A DNA stretch of 64,000 nt, from contig OZ244166.1 of NCBI GenBank assembly GCA_965216445.1, forward strand, positions 658,688 to 722,687, read 5' to 3'. The stretch is from Acidimicrobiia bacterium. GTDB taxonomy: Bacteria > Actinomycetota > Acidimicrobiia > Spongiisociales > ZC4RG35. Shown one piece after another: positions 10,198-21,596 of this stretch. The notes below the pieces were generated by a model. That model was given only the letters and a program-made list of their open reading frames with translations. It searched no databases and was not told the DNA's origin. Every line of letters starts with the position of its first letter. The stretch's first letter is position 1. Made by a program: the position numbers and the translations under genes.

Positions 10198-10761
10198 GAC
10201 TTCGGTGGACTCTTCCTTGACCCGCACATCGCCTTCGCCGTCGGGGTTGCGGCCCCTTTTGCCCAGGTAGAAGGCTCGCAGTCGGTCCATGGTGTCCTTT
10301 ACGTTTTGATGGTGGATCGCCTCGCCGAGAGTTATCACTTTGGTGGAGAAGTCGATGCCAGCGGGAACGATTGGAGCCCCGGTTGCTTGGGCGATCTTGA
10401 GAAAACCGGACTTCCATCTCGGTGCTGCCTTCCGGGTGCCTTCTGGTGCGATTACCAGTGCGAAATCCTCGTTTGAGGCGAACTCCGCCTTGACCTGTCC
10501 GACGATTCCTCCCGGCTTGCTTCGATCGACGGGTATGCCACCCCACCGCCGGAAGAGCCAACCAAAAGGACCTTCAAATAGCGTGTGTTTCCCGAGGTAT
10601 TTGGGACGGATGTTCCAGTGCCGTATCGCAGCAAGGAACGCGACGAAGTCCCAGTTGGACGTATGCGGTGCCCCGACGACTATGAAATGCCGGTCCGGGG
10701 GGATTGAGCCTTCAAAAACCCAGCCTCGGAGTCTGAAGTATGTTTCGGCGAGCCATTTCAC
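10192..10761 (-). CDS. lysophospholipid acyltransferase (PlsC family)
   Basis: HTSNWD (HxxxxD) and APEGTR acyltransferase motifs. Confidence 0.7.
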   Translation of the reverse strand: MKWLAETYFRLRGWVFEGSIPPDRHFIVVGAPHTSNWDFVAFLAAIRHWNIRPKYLGKHTLFEGPFGWLFRRWGGIPVDRSKPGGIVGQVKAEFASNEDFALVIAPEGTRKAAPRWKSGFLKIAQATGAPIVPAGIDFSTKVITLGEAIHHQNVKDTMDRLRAFYLGKRGRNPDGEGDVRVKEESTEVS

Positions 10762-10796
10762 AGGGTGATCATCGCAGAATTGAAAGTCTTCGCCCG

Positions 10797-12404
10797 TTAA
10801 GTCGCCGGGACGACGTTGAAGCCTTCGTCGTCAACCCACACGATGGAATTGACCCCTTGTGTTGCGGCCACTATTTCATCCGCCATTTCTGCATCGACAA
10901 CGCCGACACCGTCACCGCGGTGAATCATTCGCAGGGAGGCTTCCTTCGGCAGAGCCGACGCCAGCTGGCCGGGATGAGAGGCGATGACTGTCACCGAATA
11001 GGGTCGAGACTCCGGGCCCTCCCTCAGTTCTTTGTCTGACTTGTTCTGGTTGAAGAGGTGCCAGGTCGCAGCCCCACTCGCAAGGGCCAATGCCAGCTCC
11101 GTGGCCAGCGTGGACCCGCGTGGGTTGAGGTCGAGAAGGGTTTGGAAGATGAAAAGGAGCACCCCTACTACTGCTCCGGCGGCAGTGAGCCCTAAGACAA
11201 TCGACAACCCGATGACATAGAACTTCCGGGGAAGCGACGTAGCCTCTTCAGCCCGTGGTGCTGACTGAGCATCGGTCCAGAACATCCACCAGGTCAAACC
11301 GCCGACAACAGATACCAGGAGGGCACTGATTGCGGCAGAACCAAGATCGGAAACCAGAAGGTCGTCAGAGAAGACGATTGTCACCAAAGCGGTAAAGGCT
11401 GCGATTGCCGCGATGAGGCCACCGGCGGCGAGGACATACTGATACCACCTCAGGGCGGTGGTGCGTTCGCTTCCTAGTCGAGGGCGATGATGGAGCCAGA
11501 TTGCCCCTGCTACGACTGCGACCGACAGGAGAGCGGGAACCGCTTCGAAGTGGGCGCCCGGGGAATCTGGTCGTTCGAAAAGATACAACAGAGTGATGAT
11601 GGCAATCGATGTGGTTGTGCCGAGGAAGGTCACCAGTGACACAACCGACACCACCACGGTGTAGGTGAGGAGTGTCCCGTCCGGTTTGGACGTCCAGGGT
11701 GCAAGCCATCGAACCGCCCATACGATGGCACCAACAATCAGGAAGGAAAGCCCGAGACCAACGTCCACATCCCCAGCGCTTGGAGTCAGGCTCTCGTAGA
11801 TCGAGTTGAGGACCCAGTAGAGAACCCAGCCAAGTCCGATACTCAATGTGACGAGGCCTATGCCAGACCCGACTACCCGGTGAATCTGGCCAATGGAACC
11901 ACCGGGCCGGTCGACTCTCGAAGCCCACTCATGGAATCCGACGACAGCCGCGATGATCAATACGTCAGTAAGGCGCGGCATGTCGCCGTCCGTGAAGAGG
12001 GCACTAAGTATCAACACTCCGTAGACCACGAGCCAAGTCAGATAGACCAGATCGGTGACAGCCAGATAGACGGACCACCCCGGGTTGTCGGGATGGACGT
12101 CGCGTCGATCATCCTGTCGATTCCAAAGGACATAGGCGACGGGAGCAGAAACGATCAGGCCGGCGAGTGCGCCCGCAAGGTCCTGTTGGGACATTCCGAC
12201 CAGGTCGGTGCCGGGGAAAGCAGCCCTACCGAGGAGAAGCAGCGACCAAACGGTCCCTCCGACAAAGATTGCCAGAAGGCCGTAAGCGATCAGGTCTCCG
12301 ATCAGCGACCCGGAGTTTTCGCTCTTGGATGTCGCCTTGATGATCAGAATGATCACACCAGCAACAATTGCAATCAGGACGAGGGGTACAAGGAAGAACG
12401 TCAT
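10797..12404 (-). CDS. polytopic integral membrane protein with C-terminal soluble domain, function unknown
   Basis: 535 aa with ~12-14 hydrophobic helices and a Trp-rich region; its start shares an ATGA overlap with the stop of the upstream small gene. Confidence 0.55.
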   Translation of the reverse strand: MTFFLVPLVLIAIVAGVIILIIKATSKSENSGSLIGDLIAYGLLAIFVGGTVWSLLLLGRAAFPGTDLVGMSQQDLAGALAGLIVSAPVAYVLWNRQDDRRDVHPDNPGWSVYLAVTDLVYLTWLVVYGVLILSALFTDGDMPRLTDVLIIAAVVGFHEWASRVDRPGGSIGQIHRVVGSGIGLVTLSIGLGWVLYWVLNSIYESLTPSAGDVDVGLGLSFLIVGAIVWAVRWLAPWTSKPDGTLLTYTVVVSVVSLVTFLGTTTSIAIITLLYLFERPDSPGAHFEAVPALLSVAVVAGAIWLHHRPRLGSERTTALRWYQYVLAAGGLIAAIAAFTALVTIVFSDDLLVSDLGSAAISALLVSVVGGLTWWMFWTDAQSAPRAEEATSLPRKFYVIGLSIVLGLTAAGAVVGVLLFIFQTLLDLNPRGSTLATELALALASGAATWHLFNQNKSDKELREGPESRPYSVTVIASHPGQLASALPKEASLRMIHRGDGVGVVDAEMADEIVAATQGVNSIVWVDDEGFNVVPAT

Positions 12405-12856
12405 CAGAAGTCACACGAATAGGTGAAATACGGCCACGGGTCTCCAACGATTACCCACTCTCCCTGTTCCATCTCTACTCGAAACGGCTCGGGGAAATAG
12501 CCGGGACCGGCGTCGACAAACCCCGAGTCGGAGCCTTCCCGTATCGAGACTTCGACCGAGTATGCGTCGCCGACTTGTTCGACGTCGCCCAAGGTGGCGG
12601 TGAACGACGTATAGAACCTGTTTCGGGAGATGTCGTCCGGCTCACAGCCATCGGCGGTTTCCGATCCAAGCATTTCGTAGGCGGCGTCATAGTCCTGGTC
12701 GGATATCGCCTGCAGATACGCCTGGACTGTTCCCTCCGGGGTGTCCGGATCCAGGGTCACGGGCTCCCTCACGAGAGCGATCACGGTGAGGATTCCGACG
12801 ACTACGAGACCGATCGTCGGTACCAGCCAACTGCGTTTGCGAGCTTCGCTGTCCAC
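12404..12856 (-). CDS. small membrane-anchored protein, function unknown
   Basis: 150 aa with an N-terminal TM helix (LVPTIGLVVVGILTVIAL); translationally coupled to the 535-aa membrane protein. Confidence 0.5.
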   Translation of the reverse strand: MDSEARKRSWLVPTIGLVVVGILTVIALVREPVTLDPDTPEGTVQAYLQAISDQDYDAAYEMLGSETADGCEPDDISRNRFYTSFTATLGDVEQVGDAYSVEVSIREGSDSGFVDAGPGYFPEPFRVEMEQGEWVIVGDPWPYFTYSCDF

Positions 12857-12922
12857 TTCACCTTTCCCCCTACTCCTCAGATTAGACCCGACCCCGGGCC
12901 TTTTGGTTTCGTAGAATCTCGA

Positions 12923-14254
12923 CTACGAGGCGGCCCGGACAACATCGAGAACGCCGGCCCCCACCAGCACCTCGGGTTTGTAGCCGGATTGACAGAGGAT
13001 CGAAGCAGCGATGGAGGCTCGATACCCCGTCTCGCAAGCAATCAAGATTGGCTCTTCGCTCGCGATGGCTTCGGGTGTCGCCACAACGAGGTCGGGAGCG
13101 TAGACCTTCACGGATCCTTCGATCTGGCCCTCCTCCCACTCGTTCGGCGCCCGGACATCAAGGACTTGCTTTCCTTCGCTGATCTCGGTCATGAAGGTCT
13201 CCAGTGTGTGGACGGGGTGCGTCTCCAGTTCAGCGTCCCAACTCTCGAGATCGGTTATCACTCCTTCTATCCGGTCATATCCGATCCGGGCCAGCTGCCG
13301 GATCGCTTCGTCAACATCCTGCTCCGAGTCCATGACGAGCACCAGGCGCGAATTGAAGGGCGTCACCCAGCCGACCCAGACCCCGAAGTCTTTTCGCAGC
13401 TCGATTCCGAGCGACCCCGGGATGTGTCCGGCAGCGAAGGTGGTTTTTGGCCGAGCGTCGACAACAATCGCATCGTGCTCCAAGGCGGCGAAATCGTTCT
13501 CCCTCAACTCGGGTACCCCGGCGAGATCGACAGGTTTGAGTCCCCGGACGTTGGCCGGGCCCATATGTCGGTAATAGGTAGGGAAAGGAACCAGCCCGCT
13601 GAGGTGGTCACCGACGAAACTATCAACGTCTTTGTGCTGTAGGCCTGGGTTGGATTGCTTTTCGGCCCCGATCGTTGAGGTGTGACTCGCCGTCTGCGAA
13701 GCGGTGCAAAAGCTCCCGGCACCGTGGGTGGGGTAAAGGCCCGTTTGGTCGGGGAGCTGGGCAAGTCGCCGAATTGATTGGTATTGCAGGCGGGCCAGCG
13801 AATCTGCTCGTTCTGGGCCCAGTAGATCGCTGCGTCCCGATGAGCCAACGAGGAGACTGCCACCGGAGAAAACAAGCCGGATCGAGTCTTCGATGACGGC
13901 CATGTAAGAGACATGTTCGGGGGTGTGGCCCGGTGTATGGACCGGTCGGATGGTGAGTTCGGGGACAGCGAGGTCCTCGTGGTGGAACGCTGGGGTGTGG
14001 CGGAAGGTCGGAGCCGCACCGGCAGGCACAACAAGCTCGGCTCCGAGGTGCCTGGCCAAGTCCCGACCGCCTGACACATAGTCATTGTGCAGATGTGTCT
14101 CCAGGATCCAACGAACGTCGACGTTCAAGTCTTCGATCAGCGTCGTGAACCGGTCAATGTCTCTTTGTGGGTCGACGACGACGCCAATTCCCTGATTCAC
14201 CAGAATGTAGGTCGAGTCGCCCAGGCCTTCGGTTCGGACGGTGTGGATTTGCAT
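12923..14254 (-). CDS. MBL-fold metallo-hydrolase fused to two rhodanese domains (persulfide dioxygenase-sulfurtransferase-like)
   Basis: THLHNDYVSG metallo-beta-lactamase motif, then two rhodanese-like modules, the last with the active-site Cys loop ACETGYRAS. Confidence 0.75.
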   Translation of the reverse strand: MQIHTVRTEGLGDSTYILVNQGIGVVVDPQRDIDRFTTLIEDLNVDVRWILETHLHNDYVSGGRDLARHLGAELVVPAGAAPTFRHTPAFHHEDLAVPELTIRPVHTPGHTPEHVSYMAVIEDSIRLVFSGGSLLVGSSGRSDLLGPERADSLARLQYQSIRRLAQLPDQTGLYPTHGAGSFCTASQTASHTSTIGAEKQSNPGLQHKDVDSFVGDHLSGLVPFPTYYRHMGPANVRGLKPVDLAGVPELRENDFAALEHDAIVVDARPKTTFAAGHIPGSLGIELRKDFGVWVGWVTPFNSRLVLVMDSEQDVDEAIRQLARIGYDRIEGVITDLESWDAELETHPVHTLETFMTEISEGKQVLDVRAPNEWEEGQIEGSVKVYAPDLVVATPEAIASEEPILIACETGYRASIAASILCQSGYKPEVLVGAGVLDVVRAAS

Positions 14255-14255
14255 T

Positions 14256-14558
14256 TCAGCTCTGCATTCCGAGGGCTTTCATCCCGCCAACCATATTGGC
14301 AACTGTTGAGAACCCGTTGGCCGTCAGATAGCTGGCTACGCGGGCGCTTCGCGCCCCGGATCGGCATATCACCAGGGTGGCGCGGGCGGGGTCCAGCGTC
14401 TGTTGCTGCTCGACAATCTGACCGACACTTATCCGCAGGGCACCAGGGAGCGTTCCCAGTTCCCACTCCTTGGGTTCTCTCACATCGAGCAGCACCGCGT
14501 CGTTAGCCGTCGCCCATTCTTCCCAATTGACGGCATCGACCTCTTCGAATCCTGACAT
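14256..14558 (-). CDS. single-domain rhodanese sulfurtransferase
   Basis: 100 aa from the internal ATG (MSGFEEVDAVNWEEW...VICRSGARS Cys loop). The longer ORF start at 14774 has a non-protein-like N-terminus and would overlap the divergent sigma gene. Confidence 0.65.
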   Translation of the reverse strand: MSGFEEVDAVNWEEWATANDAVLLDVREPKEWELGTLPGALRISVGQIVEQQQTLDPARATLVICRSGARSARVASYLTANGFSTVANMVGGMKALGMQS

Positions 14559-14589
14559 TGAAACGGTTCTCCCGGAATAGACACGTGAC

Positions 14590-15108
14590 ATGGTTGATGC
14601 GTTGTCACCTCGCACACAGCGAGACAAGGGTACCGAATGGGAGTACCTCGACGAACTCGACGCTATGGCCGAGTGGTTGTACCAAGGCGACGAGGCCTCA
14701 CCTGCGCTCATCGCCGCCACCGAGTCGCTGGACACATTCCGTGGTGCTTCGAGCGTCAGAGTGTGGATCCACAATGTGGTTAGCTCCCGAGTTCAACGGG
14801 CACGGCCGGATCGGGCAAGCCGAGACGACGACCTGGACCGCTATCTCGACCAAAGGGTCGCCTTGAGCAGCAGCCATGGTCGGTACGCCGGCCCGAGTAC
14901 GCACAACCCAATGACGATGAGGATGCAGATCGGTGCGAGGATGCAGGTCCTCGAAGACCTGTGTCGCCTCCCCGATAACTATCGATGTGCGCTGCTGCTG
15001 AAAGAAGGTGCGAACCTCTCGGTCAGCGGTACGGCCAGCTTGATGAAGGTCTCGGAGGGATCCCTGCGATCGATCCTTTATCGGGCACGTCAGAACTTCC
15101 GAAGTTAG
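14590..15108 (+). CDS. ECF-type RNA polymerase sigma-70 family factor
   Basis: Region-2-like FRGASSVRVWIHNVVSSRVQRARPDR and region-4 HTH LPDNYRCALLLKEGANLSVSGTASLMKVSEGSLRSILYRARQNF. Confidence 0.6.
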   Translation: MVDALSPRTQRDKGTEWEYLDELDAMAEWLYQGDEASPALIAATESLDTFRGASSVRVWIHNVVSSRVQRARPDRASRDDDLDRYLDQRVALSSSHGRYAGPSTHNPMTMRMQIGARMQVLEDLCRLPDNYRCALLLKEGANLSVSGTASLMKVSEGSLRSILYRARQNFRS

Positions 15109-15194
15109 CGATCGGTGTCCTCGGGTAGCTGACGGCTCCGATTCTCCTACAATCCCCACCCGGATAACACCGGAGGGAACCCATCGACATTGCA

Positions 15195-15779
15195 GTGCTC
15201 GCATCAGGATCGGGTACCAATCTCCAGGCGCTGATGGATTACGACGACCTTGGAGCCGAAATCACGCTTGTGATTTCTGATCGCCCCGGTGCACACGCAT
15301 TGCAGAGGGCCGACGGTGCCGGAATCCCCACTCAAGTTCTCCCTTACCGTGACTTCCCCGACCGAGACGCTTTTTCTCGCGCCGTTGTCGACAGTATTGA
15401 AGGTGCCGGCGTCGAGGCCATCGTTCTCGCCGGCTTCATGAGGATCCTGTCACCTGTTGCGGTTTCGCGATTCCCCAATCGAATACTCAATGTTCACCCA
15501 TCTCTGCTCCCGTCATTTCCTGGGGCGCACGCCGTGGCGCAAGCACTGGCCCACGGCGTGAAAGTGACGGGAGTCACCGTCCACTTCGTCGATGAGGAGG
15601 TCGATCATGGGCCGATCATCGCGCAGGCTCCCGTACCGGTCCGGGTGGGCGACACGGAGAAGACCCTGCATGAGCGGATCCAGCAAGAGGAACACAGGAT
15701 TTTCCCCGAGATAGTTGCCCGATTCGCCCGTGGTGAAATCTCCGTTGACGGTCGGGAGGTGATCGTCGGTGGGAACTGA
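15195..15779 (+). CDS. purN: phosphoribosylglycinamide formyltransferase
   Basis: VLASGSGTNLQAL, NVHPSLLP and HFVDEEVDHGPII motifs; GTG start, which may lie slightly upstream. Confidence 0.85.
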   Translation: MLASGSGTNLQALMDYDDLGAEITLVISDRPGAHALQRADGAGIPTQVLPYRDFPDRDAFSRAVVDSIEGAGVEAIVLAGFMRILSPVAVSRFPNRILNVHPSLLPSFPGAHAVAQALAHGVKVTGVTVHFVDEEVDHGPIIAQAPVPVRVGDTEKTLHERIQQEEHRIFPEIVARFARGEISVDGREVIVGGN

Positions 15780-17274
15780 CGTCAAGCGGGCCCTGATCAG
15801 CGTCTACGACAAGACGGGACTCCGGTCTTTCGGTCGGGGACTCGTTGAGGAAGGCGTCGAATTGGTTTCTTCGGGTGGGACCGCTGCTGCGCTGGAGTCG
15901 TACGGACTGCCCGTCACCCTGGTCAGCGACGTCACAGGTGCGCCAGAAATCCTCGGCGGAAGGGTGAAGACACTCCACCCGGCCATCCACGGTGGCATCC
16001 TCGCCCGCCCTGGGGTCGCTGCCGACTCCGCCGATTTGGTCGAGAACAACATCGAGTTGTTCCAACTCGTGGTCGTGAACCTCTATCCGTTCCGCGAAAC
16101 TGTCGCTGATCCGGACTCAACCGAAGCCGACATCATTGAGAAGATCGACATAGGTGGCCCGGCAATGGTCAGGGCTGCTGCAAAGAACCATCGATGGGTT
16201 GGCGTGGTCACAAACCCGAACCAATACGACTTGGTCCTGGAGGCGGTTCGCTCGGGGGGTATCGATGACGGGCTCCGTCGCGATCTGGCCGAAGAGGCCT
16301 TCTTCGCCACAGCCTCCTATGACGCCGCGATCGTAAACTGGTTGGGTCGAGACATTGCGGTGCCCTTGCGGCACCACTCGAACCTCCGATACGGCGAGAA
16401 CCCGCACCAGGAAGCGGCGATATATGTTGAAGATGGTTTTCACCCGTGGTGGGCCGAGGCCCGTCAGTACCAGGGAAAAGAGCTTTCGTTCAACAACATC
16501 GCCGATGCCGAGGCGGCATGGCGTTTGGTCACGAGCAGTATGCCCGAACCTTCCGTCGCCATCATCAAACACACAAATCCGTGTGGGTTTGCCCACGATG
16601 AAACGGTGGCCACTGCTTTCTCGAAGGCATGGGATTGCGATCCTGTTTCTGCGTTCGGCAGCGTCATCGCCGTGAATGGGCGGGTTGATGTGGACACAGC
16701 CAGTCTGGTTGCCGATCGCTTCGTTGAGGTACTCGTGTGCTCCTCGATCACGCCCGACGCCCTGAGTGTTCTGGCCAAGAAGAAGAATCTCAGAGTGCTC
16801 GAAGCGCCCCCGCCTACCGGAGGCGAATTGGACTTCCGTCGGATCGACGCAGGTTTCTTGGTGCAAAGTCAAGACTCTGATGTGGGCGAGGTCTGGCACA
16901 CCGTGTCCGATGTGCAGCCTTCACCGGGGGAGATGATCCAGCTGAGCATGGCCATGACGGTTGCCATGCATACGAAATCGAATGCCATCGTGATCATGTC
17001 TGATTCGGCCGCAGTCGGGATTGGCGCCGGTGATCAGTCGCGTGTCGGCGCGGGCCGAAGAGCCGTGGCCCAGGCGGGGAATCGAGCCGAGGGGGCGGTC
17101 GCAGCGTCCGACGCCTTCTTTCCGTTCCGAGACGGACTCGACGCTCTCGTCGAAGCTGGAGTAAAGGCCATCGTGGAGCCGGGAGGATCGAAGAACGACC
17201 AGGAGCTGATTGATGCTGCCAACGAACATGGCGTGGCTCTTGTTTTCTCCGGAACAAGGCACTTCAAACACTGA
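15769..17274 (+). CDS. purH: bifunctional AICAR transformylase / IMP cyclohydrolase
   Basis: [14 protein letters not shown]-terminus; 501 aa; colinear with PurH. Confidence 0.9.
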   Translation: MGTDVKRALISVYDKTGLRSFGRGLVEEGVELVSSGGTAAALESYGLPVTLVSDVTGAPEILGGRVKTLHPAIHGGILARPGVAADSADLVENNIELFQLVVVNLYPFRETVADPDSTEADIIEKIDIGGPAMVRAAAKNHRWVGVVTNPNQYDLVLEAVRSGGIDDGLRRDLAEEAFFATASYDAAIVNWLGRDIAVPLRHHSNLRYGENPHQEAAIYVEDGFHPWWAEARQYQGKELSFNNIADAEAAWRLVTSSMPEPSVAIIKHTNPCGFAHDETVATAFSKAWDCDPVSAFGSVIAVNGRVDVDTASLVADRFVEVLVCSSITPDALSVLAKKKNLRVLEAPPPTGGELDFRRIDAGFLVQSQDSDVGEVWHTVSDVQPSPGEMIQLSMAMTVAMHTKSNAIVIMSDSAAVGIGAGDQSRVGAGRRAVAQAGNRAEGAVAASDAFFPFRDGLDALVEAGVKAIVEPGGSKNDQELIDAANEHGVALVFSGTRHFKH

Positions 17275-18119
17275 TGAGCGCCAGGATTCTCGACGGCAAG
17301 CAGGTGGCAGCGACGGTCAAGGAGGAGGTCAAGGGCCTCATCCCGGATTTGGGATACACACCGGGGTTGGCGACCGTCCTCGTTGGGGATGACCCCGCTT
17401 CGAACACCTATGTAAGAGGCAAACGTCGCGATGCGGCTGAGGTTGGTATCCGCTCGGTCCACCATGAGTTGGGCGCCACCGTTTCCATGGCCGAGCTGCT
17501 AGCCCTGGTCGACTCGCTCAATGAAGACGACTCGGTGGATGGCATCCTCGTCCAACTGCCACTCCCTGAGGCACTTGACTCCGAAGCCATTGTCGAAGCC
17601 ATCGACCCCGCCAAGGATGTCGACGGGCTGCATCCGTTCAATCTGGGAAACCTCGTCTTGGGCCGGCCCGGGCTGCGGCCATGCACGCCGGGTGGGATCA
17701 TGCGGATTCTCGACCACTACAAAATCTCGACACGTAGTGCACGGGCTGTAGTCGTCGGTCGGTCGTTCCTCGTTGGTCGTCCGCTGGCACTGATGCTGGC
17801 GGCGAGGGGCGCAGACGCAACGGTTTCTGTCGCCCACTCGCGTACCACCGACCTGGCCGCTATCTCCAGCGAAGCCGACATACTCGTGGCAGCGGTGGGT
17901 TCACCCCGACTTGTCAAGACAGAGCATGTCAAGCCGGGGGCAACGGTCATCGACGTTGGAATCAACCGGGTCGACGGAGTCCTGGTGGGCGACGTCGATT
18001 TCGACCGGGTCTCCGAGGTCGCAGGGGCGATCACACCGGTTCCTGGTGGAGTAGGCCCCATGACAAGAGCAATGCTGCTTGTGAACACCGTTGCCGCGGC
18101 TCAGGCCCGCAGGCTCTAA
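17274..18119 (+). CDS. folD: methylenetetrahydrofolate dehydrogenase/cyclohydrolase
   Basis: ILDGKQVA...GILVQLPLP...VVVGRS motifs. Confidence 0.9.
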   Translation: MSARILDGKQVAATVKEEVKGLIPDLGYTPGLATVLVGDDPASNTYVRGKRRDAAEVGIRSVHHELGATVSMAELLALVDSLNEDDSVDGILVQLPLPEALDSEAIVEAIDPAKDVDGLHPFNLGNLVLGRPGLRPCTPGGIMRILDHYKISTRSARAVVVGRSFLVGRPLALMLAARGADATVSVAHSRTTDLAAISSEADILVAAVGSPRLVKTEHVKPGATVIDVGINRVDGVLVGDVDFDRVSEVAGAITPVPGGVGPMTRAMLLVNTVAAAQARRL

Positions 18120-18697
18120 CCAAGTGTGGCGGTTGAGAAGATCACATGGAACGGCTGACAGTAAATGACGACGCTTCCGAATTCTGAGAGGTCGAGATCG
18201 GCCGGGATCTCATAGTTCTGGTCGCCAATATTCCCCTTCAACGACCCGAGATCGACGTAGCCTTCGACGTCCTCCCTCGTGGTAGGCGAGGAATTCGGGA
18301 CGAGTAAGACGTGTAGGTCGGGCCCGTTGGTTACCTCAAAGCCTTCGAAGCGCAGTACTTTCGACCCGTCTTCCAGCTCATAAACAGTTGCTGTGCCCGA
18401 TCCCATGTGAAAGTCGTCCGCATCCTGGAAGGTTCCGCTGGCAAGGGCGGTCGGGCCGGGTTCCGGCATTGGTTCCTCGCTGGTCACTGGAGGGGAGTCG
18501 GCCGCTTGTTCCATCTCCAATTCCACCTCCTCCTGGGTCATATCGTCGGGAATCTCGGCACTGGCCGACATGGGGAAGGCTTCGTCGACCTCGGTGTTCA
18601 GGAACAGCGGCGATAGCAGCCACCATCCGACGGCGATGACGGGAACGGCGACAACAATCGCCGCAATCGTGACATTTTTCTTTGTGAATAGTTTCAT
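18116..18697 (-). CDS. DM13 domain-containing membrane-anchored protein
   Basis: N-terminal TM helix; [45 protein letters not shown] matches the DM13 pattern. Confidence 0.6.
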   Translation of the reverse strand: MKLFTKKNVTIAAIVVAVPVIAVGWWLLSPLFLNTEVDEAFPMSASAEIPDDMTQEEVELEMEQAADSPPVTSEEPMPEPGPTALASGTFQDADDFHMGSGTATVYELEDGSKVLRFEGFEVTNGPDLHVLLVPNSSPTTREDVEGYVDLGSLKGNIGDQNYEIPADLDLSEFGSVVIYCQPFHVIFSTATLG

Positions 18698-18826
18698 TTG
18701 GGTTCACGGTATCCACCGCCCAGAAACCTGACATAAAGACTGGCCTTCGCTCGGACCACTCGTCTTCGTGTCAATCAGGGTCGCCACTAGGCTCCAGGTC
18801 CGTTCATCTTTCAGGAGAGTTCTGCC

Positions 18827-20029
<1,203 letters not shown>

Positions 20030-20088
20030 GGCAACGCGTTCGGCGTTGCCTCTCTCCCTCCAGAGTCGGAGACGAATGGAGGGAGTAC

Positions 20089-20132
20089 GGGAACCTCTGC
20101 GAGGTTCCTTGGGAGTTTCCTTCGGAAACTCC
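20089..20132 (+). repeat. tandem double-hairpin element, copy 1 (GGGAAC-stemloop-GTTCCTTGGGAGTTT-stemloop-AAACTCC)
   Basis: gggaacctctgcgaggttccttgggagtttccttcggaaactcc; both stems are perfectly self-complementary. Confidence 0.7.
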
Positions 20133-20401
20133 CCGGCTCCTTCGTCGCCGGTACTCCCTCCGCAAGCGGAGGGGGAGGGTCTGAACGGAGGGAGACACAA
20201 TATGTAGGGCAACGCGTTCGGCGTTGCCTCTCTCCCTCCAGAGTCGGAGACGAATCAAAACCCACCGAGAACCCGTCGACCCGGAGTCCGGCCCCGACCA
20301 CCAGGACGTTTATCAGTGACCAGCCCGGCGACCTGGTCCAATTCGACTGTTTCTACGTGGGGTCTTTCAAACAGACCAAACTGACCACCAAAAAGATCCC
20401 G

Positions 20402-20445
20402 GGGAACGCTTCGCGTTCCTTAGGAGTTTGGCTTCGCCAACCTCC
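20402..20445 (+). repeat. tandem double-hairpin element, copy 2
   Basis: gggaacgcttcgcgttccttaggagtttggcttcgccaacctcc; the stems are kept by compensatory changes relative to copy 1. Confidence 0.65.
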
Positions 20446-20559
20446 ACTTGTTGAGCTTTAGTTGGTCGAACGGTGCCTTCCACCCTCGACCGCCATCCTG
20501 CGTCGCCGGTACTCCCTCCGCAAGCGGAGGGAGGGTCTGAACGGAGGGAGTAGATGCTT

Positions 20560-21315
20560 TCAGTCTCGGCCGCTGATCAATGCGATCAGACGGAGCATCT
20601 CCAGGTAGATCCACACCACGGTGACCATCAGACCGAAAGCAGCAAACCAGGACATCCAACCCGGTGCCCCTTGTTTGATCCCGTTCTCGATGAGGTCGAA
20701 ATCGAGGAGGAGATTGAAAGACGCCACCCCGACGATCAGGAGACTGATTCCAATACCGATGGGGCCAGATTCCCACACGTATGGAATGTTGAGACCGAAA
20801 AGGCTCATCACAATCGACGCCAGATAGAAGATTGCAATTCCAACCGTGGCCAGGACGATTGTCGATCGCAGCCGCTCGGTGACCTTGATGATCCGAGTCG
20901 CGTAAAGAAAGAGCATGGCCGCGAAGACGGCCATGGTTGCCATGATCGCCTGGAGCACAATCCCGTCGTAGAACGTTGCATACAAATTGGATATCGCACC
21001 GACCAAGACACCCTCGGCTATTGCAAACAGCGGTCCCGTGACCCGCACCCACTGGGGTTTGATCATGGTCACGATCAGGAGACCGAAAAGTGCGAGTATG
21101 GAGATCAGGAGGATTCCCGAAATGGCGTCGGCGTTCATCCAGCCGAACACGGCACCAATCAAGAGCAAGGTAAAAAGGGTCCCAGTTGCCCGTACCGTGT
21201 CACCCATAGTCATCCGGTCGCCGGGGGCGGTGATGATCGACGGTTGTGTGGAGACGACTTGCCCGTCCTGGGTTTTCTCGTCGCCGAATGTTCTGGTTAA
21301 GACCGGATTAGACAT
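20560..21315 (-). CDS. Bax inhibitor-1/YccA family membrane protein
   Basis: MSNPVLTRTF start at the internal ATG; seven hydrophobic helices, the family architecture. Confidence 0.75.
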   Translation of the reverse strand: MSNPVLTRTFGDEKTQDGQVVSTQPSIITAPGDRMTMGDTVRATGTLFTLLLIGAVFGWMNADAISGILLISILALFGLLIVTMIKPQWVRVTGPLFAIAEGVLVGAISNLYATFYDGIVLQAIMATMAVFAAMLFLYATRIIKVTERLRSTIVLATVGIAIFYLASIVMSLFGLNIPYVWESGPIGIGISLLIVGVASFNLLLDFDLIENGIKQGAPGWMSWFAAFGLMVTVVWIYLEMLRLIALISGRD

Positions 21316-21596
21316 AAGACAATTGTAGAGGTGTCGGCTGATTGACCAGCCGAATGTTTCACCCTGCAAGATGGTCCGGAAAACGCCGATTTGTATACGG
21401 TGCCGATTGGAGTCGGATCGCCGGCTTGCGAACTTTGCAAGAATGCTCCTTTCCTATATGCATTGGGACGTGCCCTCGTAGATTGCCGCGCCTAAGCAGA
21501 GGGCACCCGGCCCTTTAGACTGCCGCCGGTGGAATCGGACATCGCTAGACATCAGACTGCCGGGGTGACGACATAGGCACCTTCCTAGGGCTGGCA

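Noticed and set aside
14559-14774. Longer rhodanese ORF starting at 14774
   Set aside because: The extension is Ser/Ala-rich and non-homologous, and it would overlap the divergent ECF sigma gene start
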